A stretch of DNA of 64,000 nucleotides, taken from contig NC_083279.1 of NCBI RefSeq assembly GCF_963506605.1, positions 71,052,001 to 71,116,000 on the forward strand. Direction: 5' to 3'. Both the position numbers and the translations under genes were made by a program. Positions 11,601 to 24,010 of this stretch are shown here, in pieces (the first letter of the stretch is position 1; each line of letters starts with the position of its first letter). The notes under the pieces were generated by a model. The model had not been told where the DNA came from. It did no database searches and was given only the letters and a program-made list of their open reading frames with translations. Source of the DNA: Zootoca vivipara (taxonomy: Eukaryota).

Positions 11601-13483
11601 AATGGTTACTTTAAATGATAAATAAATACCTTGCAGTGTTATTATGAGAATAAAATAAGTGTTCCTGAGTGGGGAACAGGCTAAGAGTGACATAATAACA
11701 ACATAATGTACTTCGGATCAACAAGCTGATTTCTTCTTATTTTTCAGTTATAGCCATTCAGGGTGCATCCTGTAGGTATTACCAGTTCATTTGTTATCTG
11801 CTAATGTAACATGAATTAGGATTTTAAGTGGATAAATTCCTTTACCTGTCTGAGCCACATTTGGGATTTCTTCTACAGAGTCATGACTGATGAGCTGACT
11901 AATTCCAGAGCAGTTCTCCAGCGTCAAACCAGGGATGCACAGAGTGCAATTCAGGATCTGTTAAGTGAACGTGACCAGTTTCGCCAAGAAATGATTGCTG
12001 CACAGAAGTATGAACATTTGGTTTTCCCCCAACTTCTAACAGCTCCTTCCCCATTTGCACCTGTGGGTCATTCATATCCATATTTGTGGGTGGGGGTAGG
12101 GAACAGCATTCTTACGTCCCCTTAACAATTAACAGATTTATCGTTGCATACCATTTCATGGCTTCTAACACACATTGTCATAGCCTCTGCTTCAGGAAGG
12201 GACCCTGGAGGTGCTCAAGGTCTCCCCAGTCCTTCATGCAAGATTTCCAATCAGAAACCTTGTCCGGAAACTATATGATATTCCTTTTAGCATCAAGATT
12301 GTATCTGGTAGTTTCTGCATTTGAATCCTGTCTCTCACCTTCCAGCAGGACTCCTTACTTACCCTGCTAAATCTTTTCATGATGGTCTAGACTCTAGAAT
12401 GTTAGTCACCAAAATAAACTATTTTCTTTATTTCCTATACAGATTGCTGGAGGAGCTGATGGTTTCTCTGCAGTGGGGAAGGCAGCAAACCTACTATCCT
12501 AGCGCACAGCCTCATAGTACAGCAGAATTAGCAGCTGTCAACCACAAACTAGCTAGAGCAGTGACCTCACACCTGCTTGGAAACACTAATAGCACTAACA
12601 GTCCAAAAAAGGGCTCTTCGCCGACAGAACTCTGCAACACCCCTGCTGAGAAAATGGCTGAAATGGTAAAAACCCTTTCATTTTGGTCTCACAATTTACC
12701 TTTTTAATATATATATTAATTTAATATATATAGATTTCTCAATTTACTCTTTTGAGCATTAAGATTATGCTGTTTCAATGTCATCTTCTGAAACACAAAG
12801 CATTATCTTTTTATTGTATCAACTGATGCTACATTATTGAGCCTTTAACCCTATCCCAACAGATCTATCATACTATGAATACAAAACTGTATAGTCACAA
12901 ACTTAAGAAAGTCCAGCTTACATGGGCTGTCCATTCAGTGAAAGATGGGGGCAGTTGCCCTGGCCCTGAACAGCTTGAACTGTGCAGTATAGTAGAATGC
13001 AGGACTTCTACCCATGCAGAAGAAACTACAGCATCTGAGGAGGTTGGGGCAACTGGAGCAGTTCTACCACCAGTCATGATTCCTGATCACTGGAGTTTCC
13101 ATACCTGTTGCTCAACATACAGCAATTCTCCCCCAGCCCAGAACAGTGTTGCAGATAAAAACATTGCCCCATCCTACCTTTACTGTTGTTAATGAAGTGG
13201 GTAAGGGTTTGCTTAATAGCAAGGAGTTCAGAAGCTCCTCATGTAAAATGCACTGCTCCAGGACTTTCACCATAACATAATGATTATTTTCTTGCAGGTT
13301 CTGAGAATGCTGGATCCCGGCACTTGTACAGAAGCATCTCCAGAACTTCCTTTTTCTGATCCTTCACCATCCCCTTTCCTTTCCCCAAGGAAGAATATTG
13401 GACGGTTTCATCCATACACTAGATATGAGAACATAACTTTCAACTGCTGCAATCACTGCCAGGGAGAATTGATAGCGCTTTAA
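8661..13483 (+). CDS. BLZF1: BLZF1 / Golgin-45, complete CDS join(8661-8688,9241-9668,10287-10486,11879-12007,12443-12665,13298-13483), 397 aa
   Basis: Translation matches Golgin-45 (SPIRGPGDGME, VNRELKKLLVASVGDDLQYHFER, C-terminal RYENITFNCCNHCQGELIAL); all introns GT-AG; 1194 nt total. Confidence 0.97.
9241..9668 (+). CDS. BLZF1: BLZF1 coding exon 2
   Basis: ccaag acceptor; ...SPIRGPGDGMEMEQPPKSVEV...NQLHVQTE|gtgagg. Confidence 0.95.
9770..9955 (+). mobile_element. L2-clade LINE 3' fragment in BLZF1 intron
   Basis: Encodes RAFSVVVPALWDALP...[10 protein letters not shown], typical of an L2 ORF2 C-terminus; homologous to 61165-61243 (-). Confidence 0.75.
10287..10486 (+). CDS. BLZF1: BLZF1 coding exon 3 (coiled coil/leucine zipper)
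   Basis: cttag|VNRELKKLL...SKFLASR|gtattg; 200 nt. Confidence 0.97.
11879..12007 (+). CDS. BLZF1: BLZF1 coding exon 4
   Basis: tacag|..VMTDELTNSR...EMIAAQK|gtatga; 129 nt. Confidence 0.96.
12443..12665 (+). CDS. BLZF1: BLZF1 coding exon 5
   Basis: tacag|LLEELMVSLQWGR...PAEKMAEM|gtaaaa. Confidence 0.96.
13298..13483 (+). CDS. BLZF1: BLZF1 last coding exon (GRASP55-binding C-terminus)
   Basis: tgcag|VLRMLDP...CCNHCQGELIAL*. Confidence 0.97.
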   Translation, partial: VLRMLDPGTCTEASPELPFSDPSPSPFLSPRKNIGRFHPYTRYENITFNCCNHCQGELIAL

Positions 13484-14501
13484 AAAAAAAAAGACACTGC
13501 CTAATAGCCAGATATGTTGTCTCTGAATATGCTAACTTTCTTAAGTGATCAGTATTCACTTTTCTATGCTTTTTTCAGATAGGGTGGGCTTGTGCTAGAA
13601 ATATACTTTTCACACAGATTTCAGACTTCTAAGAGTTCTTTTATCAAACTTTTTTTTATCAGGCTGGGATCATACTGCAATAAGAGCAACACAAGCTGTT
13701 CTCCAAGGCAAATAAGAAAATGTTAGAACAGTGTGTGCATAGGCCCTTAAATAGAATTTACATGCAAACTTTTTTTCCAAGAGAAGGCTGAAGTGGAGTA
13801 TTATAGAAACCCTACCAGCATCAGGCATTTGGATTTCATTTCTGTGAAGTTCAGATAACTAGTTTAAGTATTTATTTTAATTTAGAATAATAGTGAGTGC
13901 TGTGCTTCAGTATCTTTTAGAATCTGTTTCTAGTGCTATTATAGCAATTGTTACATAGCAGGTGAAAATGTGAGAGCTCAGCATTCTTACTATGATAGAA
14001 ACTGATCTTGAATGAATTTGGTTATTGATTGAGGCAAAAATGAATTCTGGCATGCACAAAAATTGAAGCCAAAGAGTAGCAACAAGCTTCTAGGTCAAAC
14101 TATTAGAGGTGATTCTCAGTGAATTATGTATCTCTATAAACCAGCTTTTACAGCCTATAAGTATTCCTGGTGGACCTTATATAAGGACATATTTCATTGG
14201 TGCTATTAAATGTGACAGAACTGCTCTTCTACCTGTACTTTTAGAGAAATAAGCCTTGAGGATTCCTTTCTCATCTTTTAATTTGGAAATAGGTAAAAAA
14301 GGGCCTACTGCTATATGTAAAAGAAGAGGCTTTTCCTTTCATTTCTGGGACAATCACATTGCTAACATGTTGCCATTACACTGAAATACTAAGCAGGTGT
14401 ACCTGCTCTGTGTCTGCATGCAACAACCTATGTTTGGTTAACAGAATATATGGATTGAGACATGCTGCAGTTTAGGCCTACTCTGATCTTGACAATTTTA
14501 C

Positions 14502-14507
14502 AATAAA
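14502..14507 (+). terminator. Candidate BLZF1 polyadenylation signal AATAAA
   Basis: First canonical hexamer noticed, ~1 kb after the stop codon; not confirmed by transcript data. Confidence 0.45.
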
Positions 14508-15407
14508 TGTTAGCTGCATATTTTGCAGGGGGAATTTTCTACCTCTTCCAAAGCTGGTATATGTGAACATCCTTTGCTAAGTAACTTGACAATTAAAATG
14601 AATAATGCATGATTATGTGTGCTGTTTTTGCAGTAGTAAACAAATGTTTATCTTCAAATGCCTGCTGTATGGGTGAGAACAAATTGACAAAAACGTAAGA
14701 ATAATGTCGGACAGTATCAGAGCACCTTGCACTTTACTAGTTGTGTTCTGAGCACAAGAACCATTCCCTAACATTTACCTACCTTCACCAGTGCAGTAAA
14801 TTAGTCTGTGCACATTTCCATTGGTTCTGTGCTAGGAAAGGATGAGATTTCTTATGCGCAGTAAGTACCCCCAAATGAGCAAACAGTGCTTTAGAAATGG
14901 TGTATACCTTTAAGTTTCAGTTGTTATTTTCACACTGCCCCCTCCACTACCTATTCAGGATCAGTACAACAGGGAAGAACATCAGGACAGAACTTTGAAA
15001 CTGCAATGTCCAGGAGTAAGTGCCAACTAGTTGTTGGTAAAGTCCTTAGTGCTATGTGCTAGCACATTGCCATCAGCTGTGACAGTAGTTTAAGTGTAGC
15101 TTTTACACAAAATACTTGGTATGAAGGTAACACTGGTCCCCTAGCCAAGTTATTTAAAAAGGATTTACACCACAATTGCCATATGGGCATTTATTCTGTT
15201 TTTTGCTCTGTAGAACTAAGAACACCACCCCAACCCATTCACAAATAGAGACTTATTCCAAGTTTAAGAGGGGGAGAGATTAGTAAGATTGAGAAAATTA
15301 AGCCGTTATTGAAGGACTATGAAACATCCCAGAAGAAGCTGCTTTCAAGAGCAAGCTATACAAGGTACTGTGAGAGTCATACTAGAGGCATCCGGTGACT
15401 CTAAATC

Positions 15408-15570
15408 TCAGCTGTACTGGTCCGAGAAGCGAAGAGATTTTGGTTCAGAAATTGAACAGAGAATGTTCTCTATTTGTTTTGCTCTTCTGGCTTCCTGCCT
15501 AAGCTGCCTTGCTCGCTCTTTGGCAGCCATTTGCTCTTCTCGCCTCTCCCGTCTCTTCCTTTTTAGCCAT
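15408..15570 (-). CDS. CCDC181: CCDC181 last coding exon
   Basis: ctgcag|WLKRKRRERREEQ...LRFSDQYS*; candidate minus-strand AATAAA at 15190-15195. Confidence 0.93.
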
Positions 15571-18500
15571 CTGCAGAGAAATTAATTATTTTGAAGAACT
15601 GAATATGAAGTGGCCCAAGCTTAATTTGATTACTTCTTCCAGGTTTACTAAAACCAGGTCACCTACTTTATCCTCATCAAAAACAGCACACTCTCCAGAA
15701 TAGAACACAGCATCAGAGGATAGTTTATAGAGCTATAAGAACACTGACTACTAGGTGGACCACAAGTGCTTTTGACTAGATAATAATGCTTGAGAGCTAA
15801 TATGCACTTTTGAAGTTCCTCATGAGTTCATCATGAATTAAAGAAGGCTGTGAAATATAATGACATGATATTCCACAACCAGTTTTAGACCAGTTTTGGA
15901 GAAGTCTCAATTTTCAAAAAATTAGGCTCTGGCAATTCAGTATTACTTTCACTACTACTTCTAGTGCTACATCCTGCTGTCTTAGCAGCAGGTACAGTTA
16001 TGTGGTGTTGCATAGGCACCCTCCCAACATTATCATATACTCGGGTGTGTGCCTGTGCAGCCACATCCTTGCAGTGACCCAGCCCATGTACCACCGTAGT
16101 AAGCAGCTGTAATGCTGATGTTAAGAGAGCAGCACTTCTCTCTAGCAGGAGGATGCTCCCCAGAAATACATGGGCTCTAGAGGGTGAAGAAAACTGTAGA
16201 GGGAAAACACTTCCGAATGGGGGCAAAAGGCTGTCGTCTTCTGCTTCCTAGGGAAACAATCCAAATTAAGTTGATAAAAAGTGAGATGGAATTGTTCCTG
16301 TTAGGCAGTAACAGGACAAACACAACACTGAACAACTTACTGTTTATAAGCCTTGTCATTTTCCGATGTTCTTGGAAGGAAAAACATGCATTCTTCCTGC
16401 TCTTTCATGTTCTGCATCTGTTTTTCCTTCATGTGTTCTACCTGCTTTTTTCTAAGCCATGACCTGTAAGCTGCTTCTGGATTTCTGCTTTCCTGCTTTC
16501 AAAAGAAAAATAAAATCCCCAAAGATCTACTCCAAATAAATCAAATATTAGCAACTTATTTACAATGCTAATGTGAGCATTTTACACCACTTTCCAGTTA
16601 CAGCCGTACCTTGGAAGTCAAACGGAATCCATTCCAGAAGTCCGTTCGACTTCCAAAACGTACGGAAACCAAAACACAGTTTCTGATTGGCTGCAGGAAG
16701 CTCCTGCAGCCAATCAGAAACCACGGAAGCCCCGTCAGACGTTCAGGTTCCAAAGAATGTTCACAAACCTGAACACTCACTTCCGGGTTTGTGGTGTTCA
16801 GAAGCCAAAACGTCTTGAGTACCAAGGCATTCGGGATCCAAGGTAAGACTGTATTCAGTATATATTTTGAGGAGGCATAGTTGCTTGATAATCAACAAAA
16901 ACGCATCTAGAAGGCATTCAGATTCACACATATTGAGGCTAAGGCTCATGGCATCATACCGGCTTTCCAGAAACGGATAGATACACTAAAGGCTATATAA
17001 ATATATATATATTCCAATATATACACATACACTTTGGGGAAACAATATTACTTACCTGCGGTGGAAGTCTGAACCTTAACATCAGAAAAACTTCACAACC
17101 TGAGAAAAAACTAGATGTAACTCAGTTTTCAAGCTGGTCAGTCACAAAAGGATGCTGTTTTTTGGAATCAAGGCTCAGATTTGCCTATCAAGTGATTTGT
17201 TTAGTAACACAATGATTTTAGTTTGAGATGTTTGATATTAGAATTTATGAATTCTCATATCCCATCCTTTAGTTCACTGAGAACTTTCCATTGAGAACAA
17301 TATTCCTGTACAATAAGGGCTTAAATGCAGCTGCCATAAAAAGTCTGAAGTAACTGACATCATCATCATCATCATTTGGATATATAAAAGGTCTTGCCCA
17401 CTCCTTACTCTTTACCACCACCACCCCAAGAGCCAAAGACAAATAAGGCCACCTTATTTTCTATGCCTTCTGCAGTTATACCAGGCATTAAATATGTTTG
17501 ATAAAAGCAAATAAATGTGTCATGACAGAAGATAAGTAGTCTCCAACGGATGCCTATATTGGACACAAACATCTGCTTAGGGGGAAAGCTGCCATGTTAA
17601 ATTTAATTAAAGGGTAGCATGCAAATACCACAACTGCCACAAAAGGGGTCTTGCAGATGTTTGATAGCCTAGCAAATGGGTTTCTAAATAACTGATAATT
17701 GTATTGGCTGTAGGCAAGTGCTCCTAAACTTGTCAGGGCCATATACCTGCTTGCAGCCACAGTTCTGGAAAAAGAAGGTGAGATTGCTGTCAGTCCTTGT
17801 CAGGCAGATTGGGTTTTTCTTCGTTTCAACTTTTTAGAACTATAATAGGCTGCAGAAGGACAACAGGCATGGGAAAACTTACTCTGCTATTCAGGTTTTC
17901 CAGCTGTTTTGCCCTCTGAATTCGTCTCTCTTCCTGCAGCTGCCCTTTTTTCTTCTGCAGCCAAGCTCTGAAGACCATGTCATTCTCTCTCCTTTTCTCC
18001 TCCTCCTCTATTCTTTTCCGAATTTCTTCCTTACATTAAAATGTGAACAAAGAATGTGAACTTTTCAACAATCCCAATTCAAAGATTCAGCAATTTTTCA
18101 AGCAGCGGTAGTAAAAGGTGTGAAATTATTCTAGACCACCCTGAAAAGAACCGAAGCATGAATACAGTGATAATAGTAATGTGTTCCGGAGGTTACAATG
18201 CAACAATGTTATCAATGTGTCTGGGAGATATTAAGGACATTAAGGCGAATGGATGTTCGTTTGGTTCAACGAGATTTCCAGGTGGAATGGTTTTTTGGAG
18301 CTGCATTTACAAACATCTGCAAGCTAGGTGGGGATGGTAACGATCATTATTTGTGTCTAAAAAATACTAGAAGGATCAAAAAACAGTAGAATTTCAAGTT
18401 TGGAGACAAATGCAGTGAAGTCACGTATTACTTGGCACCTCTTTACAAGATCCTCCCGTTCCCCATTTCCAATTTCAAACCACAGCGCAAAACCAACAAT

Positions 18501-21500
18501 AAGGGGAACTGCATCTGAGCAATGCTTTAACGATAAAGGCTAGTGGTTTTAGGTGGAAGAGATACATGTAAGCAAGATCTGGATATGCAAAACACTGCAT
18601 CTACTTCAGATTTCTCTTCAAGTCATACAAGTCTTTCCTACAAGACTTTCTAAGGAGCAAAATGTAATTCTATTGAAAGTGGGTAGAAACCTATCACCTT
18701 ACAGAAGGGTTGCCAACATAGTGCCCATGGGCATTAGCACCAAAGATCTCAGTATATGTCCCCTAAAAATCCAGTGTGCGAGTTACTGTTTGCTCTTCCT
18801 GTTTGCACTGGCTCAGCCTCCCCTACATCACACACACTCCCCTCTAAACATGCCCTTCATTAAATGCTAAAACTGGACACCCATCGTCCCATTTTGAATA
18901 GAGCAGAGGTGCAAGGAGTGAGCATGACGGTGACTGATATAGGTGCCTTTTTCCAATGATGATAGTGGCTAACAGGACCACAAAATGGTACAGTTGAGTG
19001 TCCATCTCTTTTCCTGTTATTTTAGATGTGGCAACCATTTTGTGGTATGCCAAACCTCCACAGCAGTCATTTTTGACTGGAACTTGTAGAACTCCCTCAA
19101 ATTTCCCAGTGTGCCCAGTGGCCCAAAAAGGTGGTGCCCTCTGCCTTAAAGATAGATAGATTCATTCATTCATTCTTACACTGAAAGCAAATATACAACA
19201 CTTAATTATTGCTAATGATGAATTGATGGCAACTAGCTTAGATGGTATTAAAAGTGGAATTGACAGTTCTCATTAAAAGCCATTAGCCATGACAGCTGAA
19301 GGGAATTTTCATATTCAAAAGCAGTGTATCTCTGAATATTAGCTGAAGTGGGAATAAACAATGGGGGTAGCTTATTGCCTTCGTGACTGGCTTGTGGGCA
19401 TTTCAGATCTACCTGGATGGCCACTTTGAGAAAACAGGCTGCTAGGCTAGAACCCCTGTCGCCCCACTCCCACCCCGATTTCACATTCTTATGCTAAAAG
19501 AGCACTAATACCTAAAAGAGTGTTTTTAAAAAAGGTAGTTAATGCTTCTCTTTCTGAAAGTAAAGTGATGTGCACTATGCACAGGAAGCTTGTTCCGTAA
19601 TTGTAGAGCCACAACTGAAAAGGGCTTACTACTTGCAACTGTACTAGTGGAATGACAGGACTCTGCACAAGATTCTCCTTGCTATTCTTAACAAGAAAGT
19701 GAGTTTGCCAAGGAGAGTCGCGGAGGGATGTGTCTAAAACAAGACCCAATTACAGTGCACTGATCTTCTCATTTCCTTTCTACTCTCACCTCTTTCTTTA
19801 ATTTCTCTTTTCTTTGTTCCATTTGCTTTTGCAGTTCTTTTTGCCTGGGTGACAGGCAGTATGTAGAGCTTCTTGCACCGAGACTCACATTTGCTGACTG
19901 CACCCTTCGTGGACTTTTCCCCCTTTCTGTGTTTCTTGTAATGTTGATTGCTGAGCATGGTCGAATGGGTGGTGGTTGAGGGACACGAATGCACCCTTCT
20001 CTGGTCACAGAAGTTAGTCCTAAGGAGTCTTCCTTTGTTATACAGACAGGGCTGAAAGCAGTACTGTAGGAGGTTTTAGGAGAAATGTGTTGAGCTTCAA
20101 TGTCACTAAAAGAAACACTTAGTGGAGGAAAGAAGCCTTGGCTCTCAATGTCATGGATACTGAGGAGTTCAAATTTCCCATCTCTTTCTACTAGGATCTT
20201 ACCATCCTTGTGCTCATCATCTGTACCGCCATTAATAGAAAGAGAAATATCCTCCTTTCCATTACAAATGTGCAATTGAGACAGCCTGCCTGAAATGTTC
20301 CTGTGGGAATCATTTTTTTCAGTTTCTAAAGCTTTCAAAGAGGGGATTTCAAGATCTACTAGATCATCCTTGAATTTTAGCTTCCTTTCTTTCGTTTCAT
20401 CTAAAGGTTCCTGAGAAAGAAGTAGTTTGTTGGCTTCCTCAATTTTTTCTAAGATGTACCGCTTTATATCTTCATCATCATCCTCCTGGTCTTCTAGCTT
20501 TGATTCCGGAGAGGAACCTTCACTGTCAGAATCAGATGTTTGCTCCAACTGCTTAGGATTAAGTTCAAGTATTGAATAAATTTCATTTTGTGACTTCTCA
20601 TCCAGAACTTCCTCAGGCTCAGGAGGCTCTTGTGAAAGATGTCCTCCCACTTCATCACCTTCCAAAGATTCTTGTGGAGAATTTATTCTATCTTCTATAT
20701 ATTCTAAGTCTTTGTCAACACCTTCATTTTCATCATGATTCTGCAAAGAAATTCAAAATACCTATTTATGTTAGGATATAATGGGAAGCACACATAAAAT
20801 GACTGTCTTCAAATGTCATGCTAAACTCCATTTTATGAAATGAACAAGCCTAGTCTCCTCTCTGACTTACTCCACACACTTCCTCTCTTTATCCCATGCA
20901 GGCAGGAATTTGGAATAATTCACTTCCACTTTCAATTAATCAAACTTGCCGTATCATCTGGACCTAAAAAATGTGGTTAACCTAAAAGAGTTAAGCAAGC
21001 CAGCTTTGGTAACTATGGTTTGAAATTGGCTTGTTTGAAACTAATCATAGCTGAAAGTAAACACAGTTTGTCAGTCCAACAACAAACCAGTGTCAAGCAG
21101 AACCAGAAGCAAAACATTCAAATTCCTCCTCTCTGGCAAGAAGGGTATGAGCTTGAGGCTGACTGCAAGTCACTTCTTTTGCTCATGTTGCATAACTATG
21201 GTTTAGTATAATCTGCACATACAGCCAGTGTGCCATTAACAATTATATTTAAGAATATGGGAGAAGGGTTGTATCTTGGGGGTAGAGCATCTGTGTTGCA
21301 TGCAGAAGATCCCAGGTTCAATCCCCAGCATCTCCAAGCATGTCCCCTTTAAATCCCTGAAAGCCACTGCCAGTGAGATGGACATTACCTAACTAGACGG
21401 ACCAGTGGTCCAGTTCTGTATAAAAGCAGCTTACTATGTACCTGGAGCCAATTCACATAGTTCCCAAGGCAAATTTCGTTTTTGTTGTAACTAAATAAAA

Positions 21501-22466
21501 ACTTAATAGCTTAAGTTCAAAAAGCGTATAAACAACATTCTAGAAGAATAGCCAGTGAGGTGCAATGACTGAGAAGTTGAGCTTGGATGTGGGAAGCCCA
21601 GGTTCCATTCCTCACTCAACTGTGCTGATTCCAAGTCAATTACAGTCGTACCTTGGAAGTCGAACAGAACCCATTCCGGAAGTCCGTTTGACTTCTGAAA
21701 CATTTGACTTCCTATGCAAAAGTTGATTGGCTGCAGGAAGCTCCTGCAGCCAGTTGTAAGCCGCGGAAGCCCCGTTGGATTTTCAGCTTCCAAAAGAACG
21801 TTTGAAAACTGGAACAATCACTTCCAGTTTTTAATTGTCTGGGAGTTGGAACGTTCGACCCCCAAGCCGAGATACAACTGTATTCTCCTTTAAAAGTGAA
21901 AAAATTTCCCCAAGTAAGTGTGTGTGTGTTATCTCAATAAAATATTAGATTGCCTGTTTTTAAAAGTTTTAAACATTGCAATCCTATGCATATTAACACT
22001 GCGTTTAACAGAGCCTACTCGCTATTATTTAGGATTGCAGCCCTAGACTGCAAACCAAAGAATCTCTTCATTCCAACACACACTTCTGGGTGCACACAAG
22101 GAATTATCTCCTTTTGTACCATTAATGCCAGATGAGATCACTCCAGATGTTTCTGAAAGTTGGCACTGGCTTGATCTCGAAGGTCTAAGTTCCCTGGATC
22201 TCAGCCTATGTCCAACAATATTTTAAGAACCCCAAATGCCCTCTCATTCCAGTCTATCTATTTACATCAGCACATTTCATATGGAATTGAGATACTGGCA
22301 CAAGACTAATGTAGTATTTTGCTAATACCTGTATATCATTAGAGATTTGTTTTTCTTCTTCATTAATTAGCCATTCAAGATCTTTTTCAAAATCATCTTC
22401 ATAGTCCCCACCATCTGTGGGACCTCCAGTGTCTGAAGATTCACTAGTGTCTTTTTTGTCACTCAT
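15408..22466 (-). CDS. CCDC181: CCDC181 (C1orf114), complete CDS join(22329-22466,19790-20740,17883-18029,16341-16495,15408-15570), 517 aa
   Basis: YEDDFEKDLEWLINE, KILVERDGKFELLSI, RRVQSA, AFRAWL-type coiled-coil C-terminus ending LRFSDQYS*; syntenic position; 1554 nt total. Confidence 0.94.
16341..16495 (-). CDS. CCDC181: CCDC181 coding exon 4 (NAGNAG acceptor)
   Basis: gaaag|(Q)ESRNPEAAYRSWLRKKQ...DKAYKQ|gtaagt. Confidence 0.92.
16601..16851. mobile_element. Tc1/mariner MITE, family copy 1
   Basis: TA TSD; TIR cagccgtaccttgg / ccaaggtaagactg; internal palindrome ttctgattggctgcagga-ag-ctcctgcagccaatcagaa. Confidence 0.85.
17883..18029 (-). CDS. CCDC181: CCDC181 coding exon 3
   Basis: gtaag|EEIRKRIEEEEKRRENDMVFRAWLQKKK...NLNSR|gtaagt; 147 nt. 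Confidence 0.93.
19790..20740 (-). CDS. CCDC181: CCDC181 large acidic exon (951 nt)
   Basis: ttgcag|NHDENE...KEKLKKE|gtgaga; lies within ORF 19769-20746. Confidence 0.95.
21268..21440 (+). mobile_element. tRNA-derived squamate SINE
   Basis: ggtagagcat..tgcatgcagaagatcccaggttcaatcccc head; similar copy at 30567-30845. Confidence 0.65.
21643..21880. mobile_element. Tc1/mariner MITE, family copy 2
   Basis: TA TSD; same TIR and internal sequence as 16601-16851. Confidence 0.85.
22329..22466 (-). CDS. CCDC181: CCDC181 first coding exon (exon 22329-22489)
   Basis: tttgtag acceptor, ATG at 22466, MSDKK...ISNDIQ|gtatta. Confidence 0.92.
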
Positions 22467-23229
22467 TGTGGATGTTCCTTAATGGAAAGCTACAAATTGA
22501 AAAAATATATGAAGTGTTTCATTACAAAGAAACCAAGTGTTTTGGAATATGGACACTTTAATGACTCTAAGAAGGCAATCTTGCAGAATATTTTCATGAC
22601 TTGTACCTGATTATTTCACAGCTGTAATTCAATAGCTTTATTGCCTGTCGGACCATGTCTGCTTTTTTACCCAAATTTCATGACCACCAACTGGTCCTAC
22701 AGTCACCCAGCTTTTTGCAGCTTGTACAAAATGCCATAGGCCTACAAGATTGGATAAAAAAACTTATAGGAAGTTTCCTTGAGAGTCCGAGACAAGAAAT
22801 ACTGCCTGAACTCCAGAGCTTCTGTTCTGTACTAAACATGTTTCCAAATACAAGATTCTTCACTTTTATATTGCAGTTAACGAGAGTTGAATGTGTATCA
22901 ACACTAAATTGCATATTGACAGAGAAATGCATGAAATGTCCTCTGATATCGAGACACATGTTCACAACAAAAATAAATAAAATTGTCACCAACTCGGGTT
23001 GTTATTTAATCAAGTAAGTGTCACATTAACCTGATTACTGATAAACTAAAAGCACAATCCTATGCATGCCTACTCAGAAATAAATTCCACTAAGCTCAAC
23101 AGGACATATTGATCCATCAAGGAAAACTGGCCAAGCACCATCCCATTCTTACAATGCAAATCTGCCGGGGCAGGCGATGAAGTTATCGCCTGCAAAGCAG
23201 CCTCAGACCAACTTTCCTGATCTAGTCGG

Positions 23230-24010
23230 AGGATCCAAACCAAGCCTCGGGGCGGCCACTTGATGAGGAAGATCGAGGCCCCTCCCGAGGCGAAACCTGC
23301 CTGTTCGGACGCCGAGGCTTCCCGAGCACATGAAGCGCCTGACCCAACCGAGCGATTTACGCCCGTCGCCATGGCAGCCGCCTCCCCGCCCACCCCAGGG
23401 CAAGGCCCGCTCTCTGCCGAAACCACGGGGCCGGAGGAGGCGCTCAAGCCCCACGCTCCTGCCTTTCCCCGCCGCCCCTTCGGCTCCGTCGGCGGAGAGC
23501 GCCTGCCCGACCCTCCCTCGCCCCACGGCCCTCCTGGTTGGGACAACCAGCCAAGGGGGGCGCTTCGGACGGGTCCGTGCCACCCCGCCGAGCCCAGGGT
23601 CATCAGGCTGCTGGCCGTAGACCGGAGTCCGCCTCGACAAGACCCGCCTCGGCCCTCGCCCTCCCCTCGTTCATCTCCACCTGTGGACGGCGCCGGGCCG
23701 CGACCCGCCCTCCATGGCGTTGTCATGGTAACCGCTGCGCCCACCGGCGGCCCGTCATGCCGCCGAGACTTCCCCTCCCCACGCCACTCACCAAAGCGGA
23801 GGACGACGGCGGCTGCGAAGGTCCACACAGAGCTGCTCACGCGCCGCCCACCACGCTCGCCGTCTCCATAGCCACCGCAGGCGGGGCGAGCCGGCGGGAG
23901 GACAAACGCAGGGCTTCCCGCCGCGGCCCTTTGCCGTCGCCATGGAGACGCCGCGAAACGTCACGCAGGGCGGGAAATCCGCCCTTGCCGGCCTGCTCCG
24001 CTAAGCTGAG
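23230..24010 (-). promoter_or_regulatory. CCDC181 CpG-island promoter / non-coding exon 1 (donor GTGAGT 23791-23786) with four RFX X-boxes
   Basis: Very GC/CpG-rich; X-box-like palindromes at 23365, 23719, 23862, 23936. Confidence 0.8.

Noticed and set aside
13484-15407. Overlapping 3' UTRs of convergent BLZF1 and CCDC181
   Set aside because: Candidate polyA signals (14502 +, 15190 -) would leave a gap; overlap cannot be supported without transcript data.
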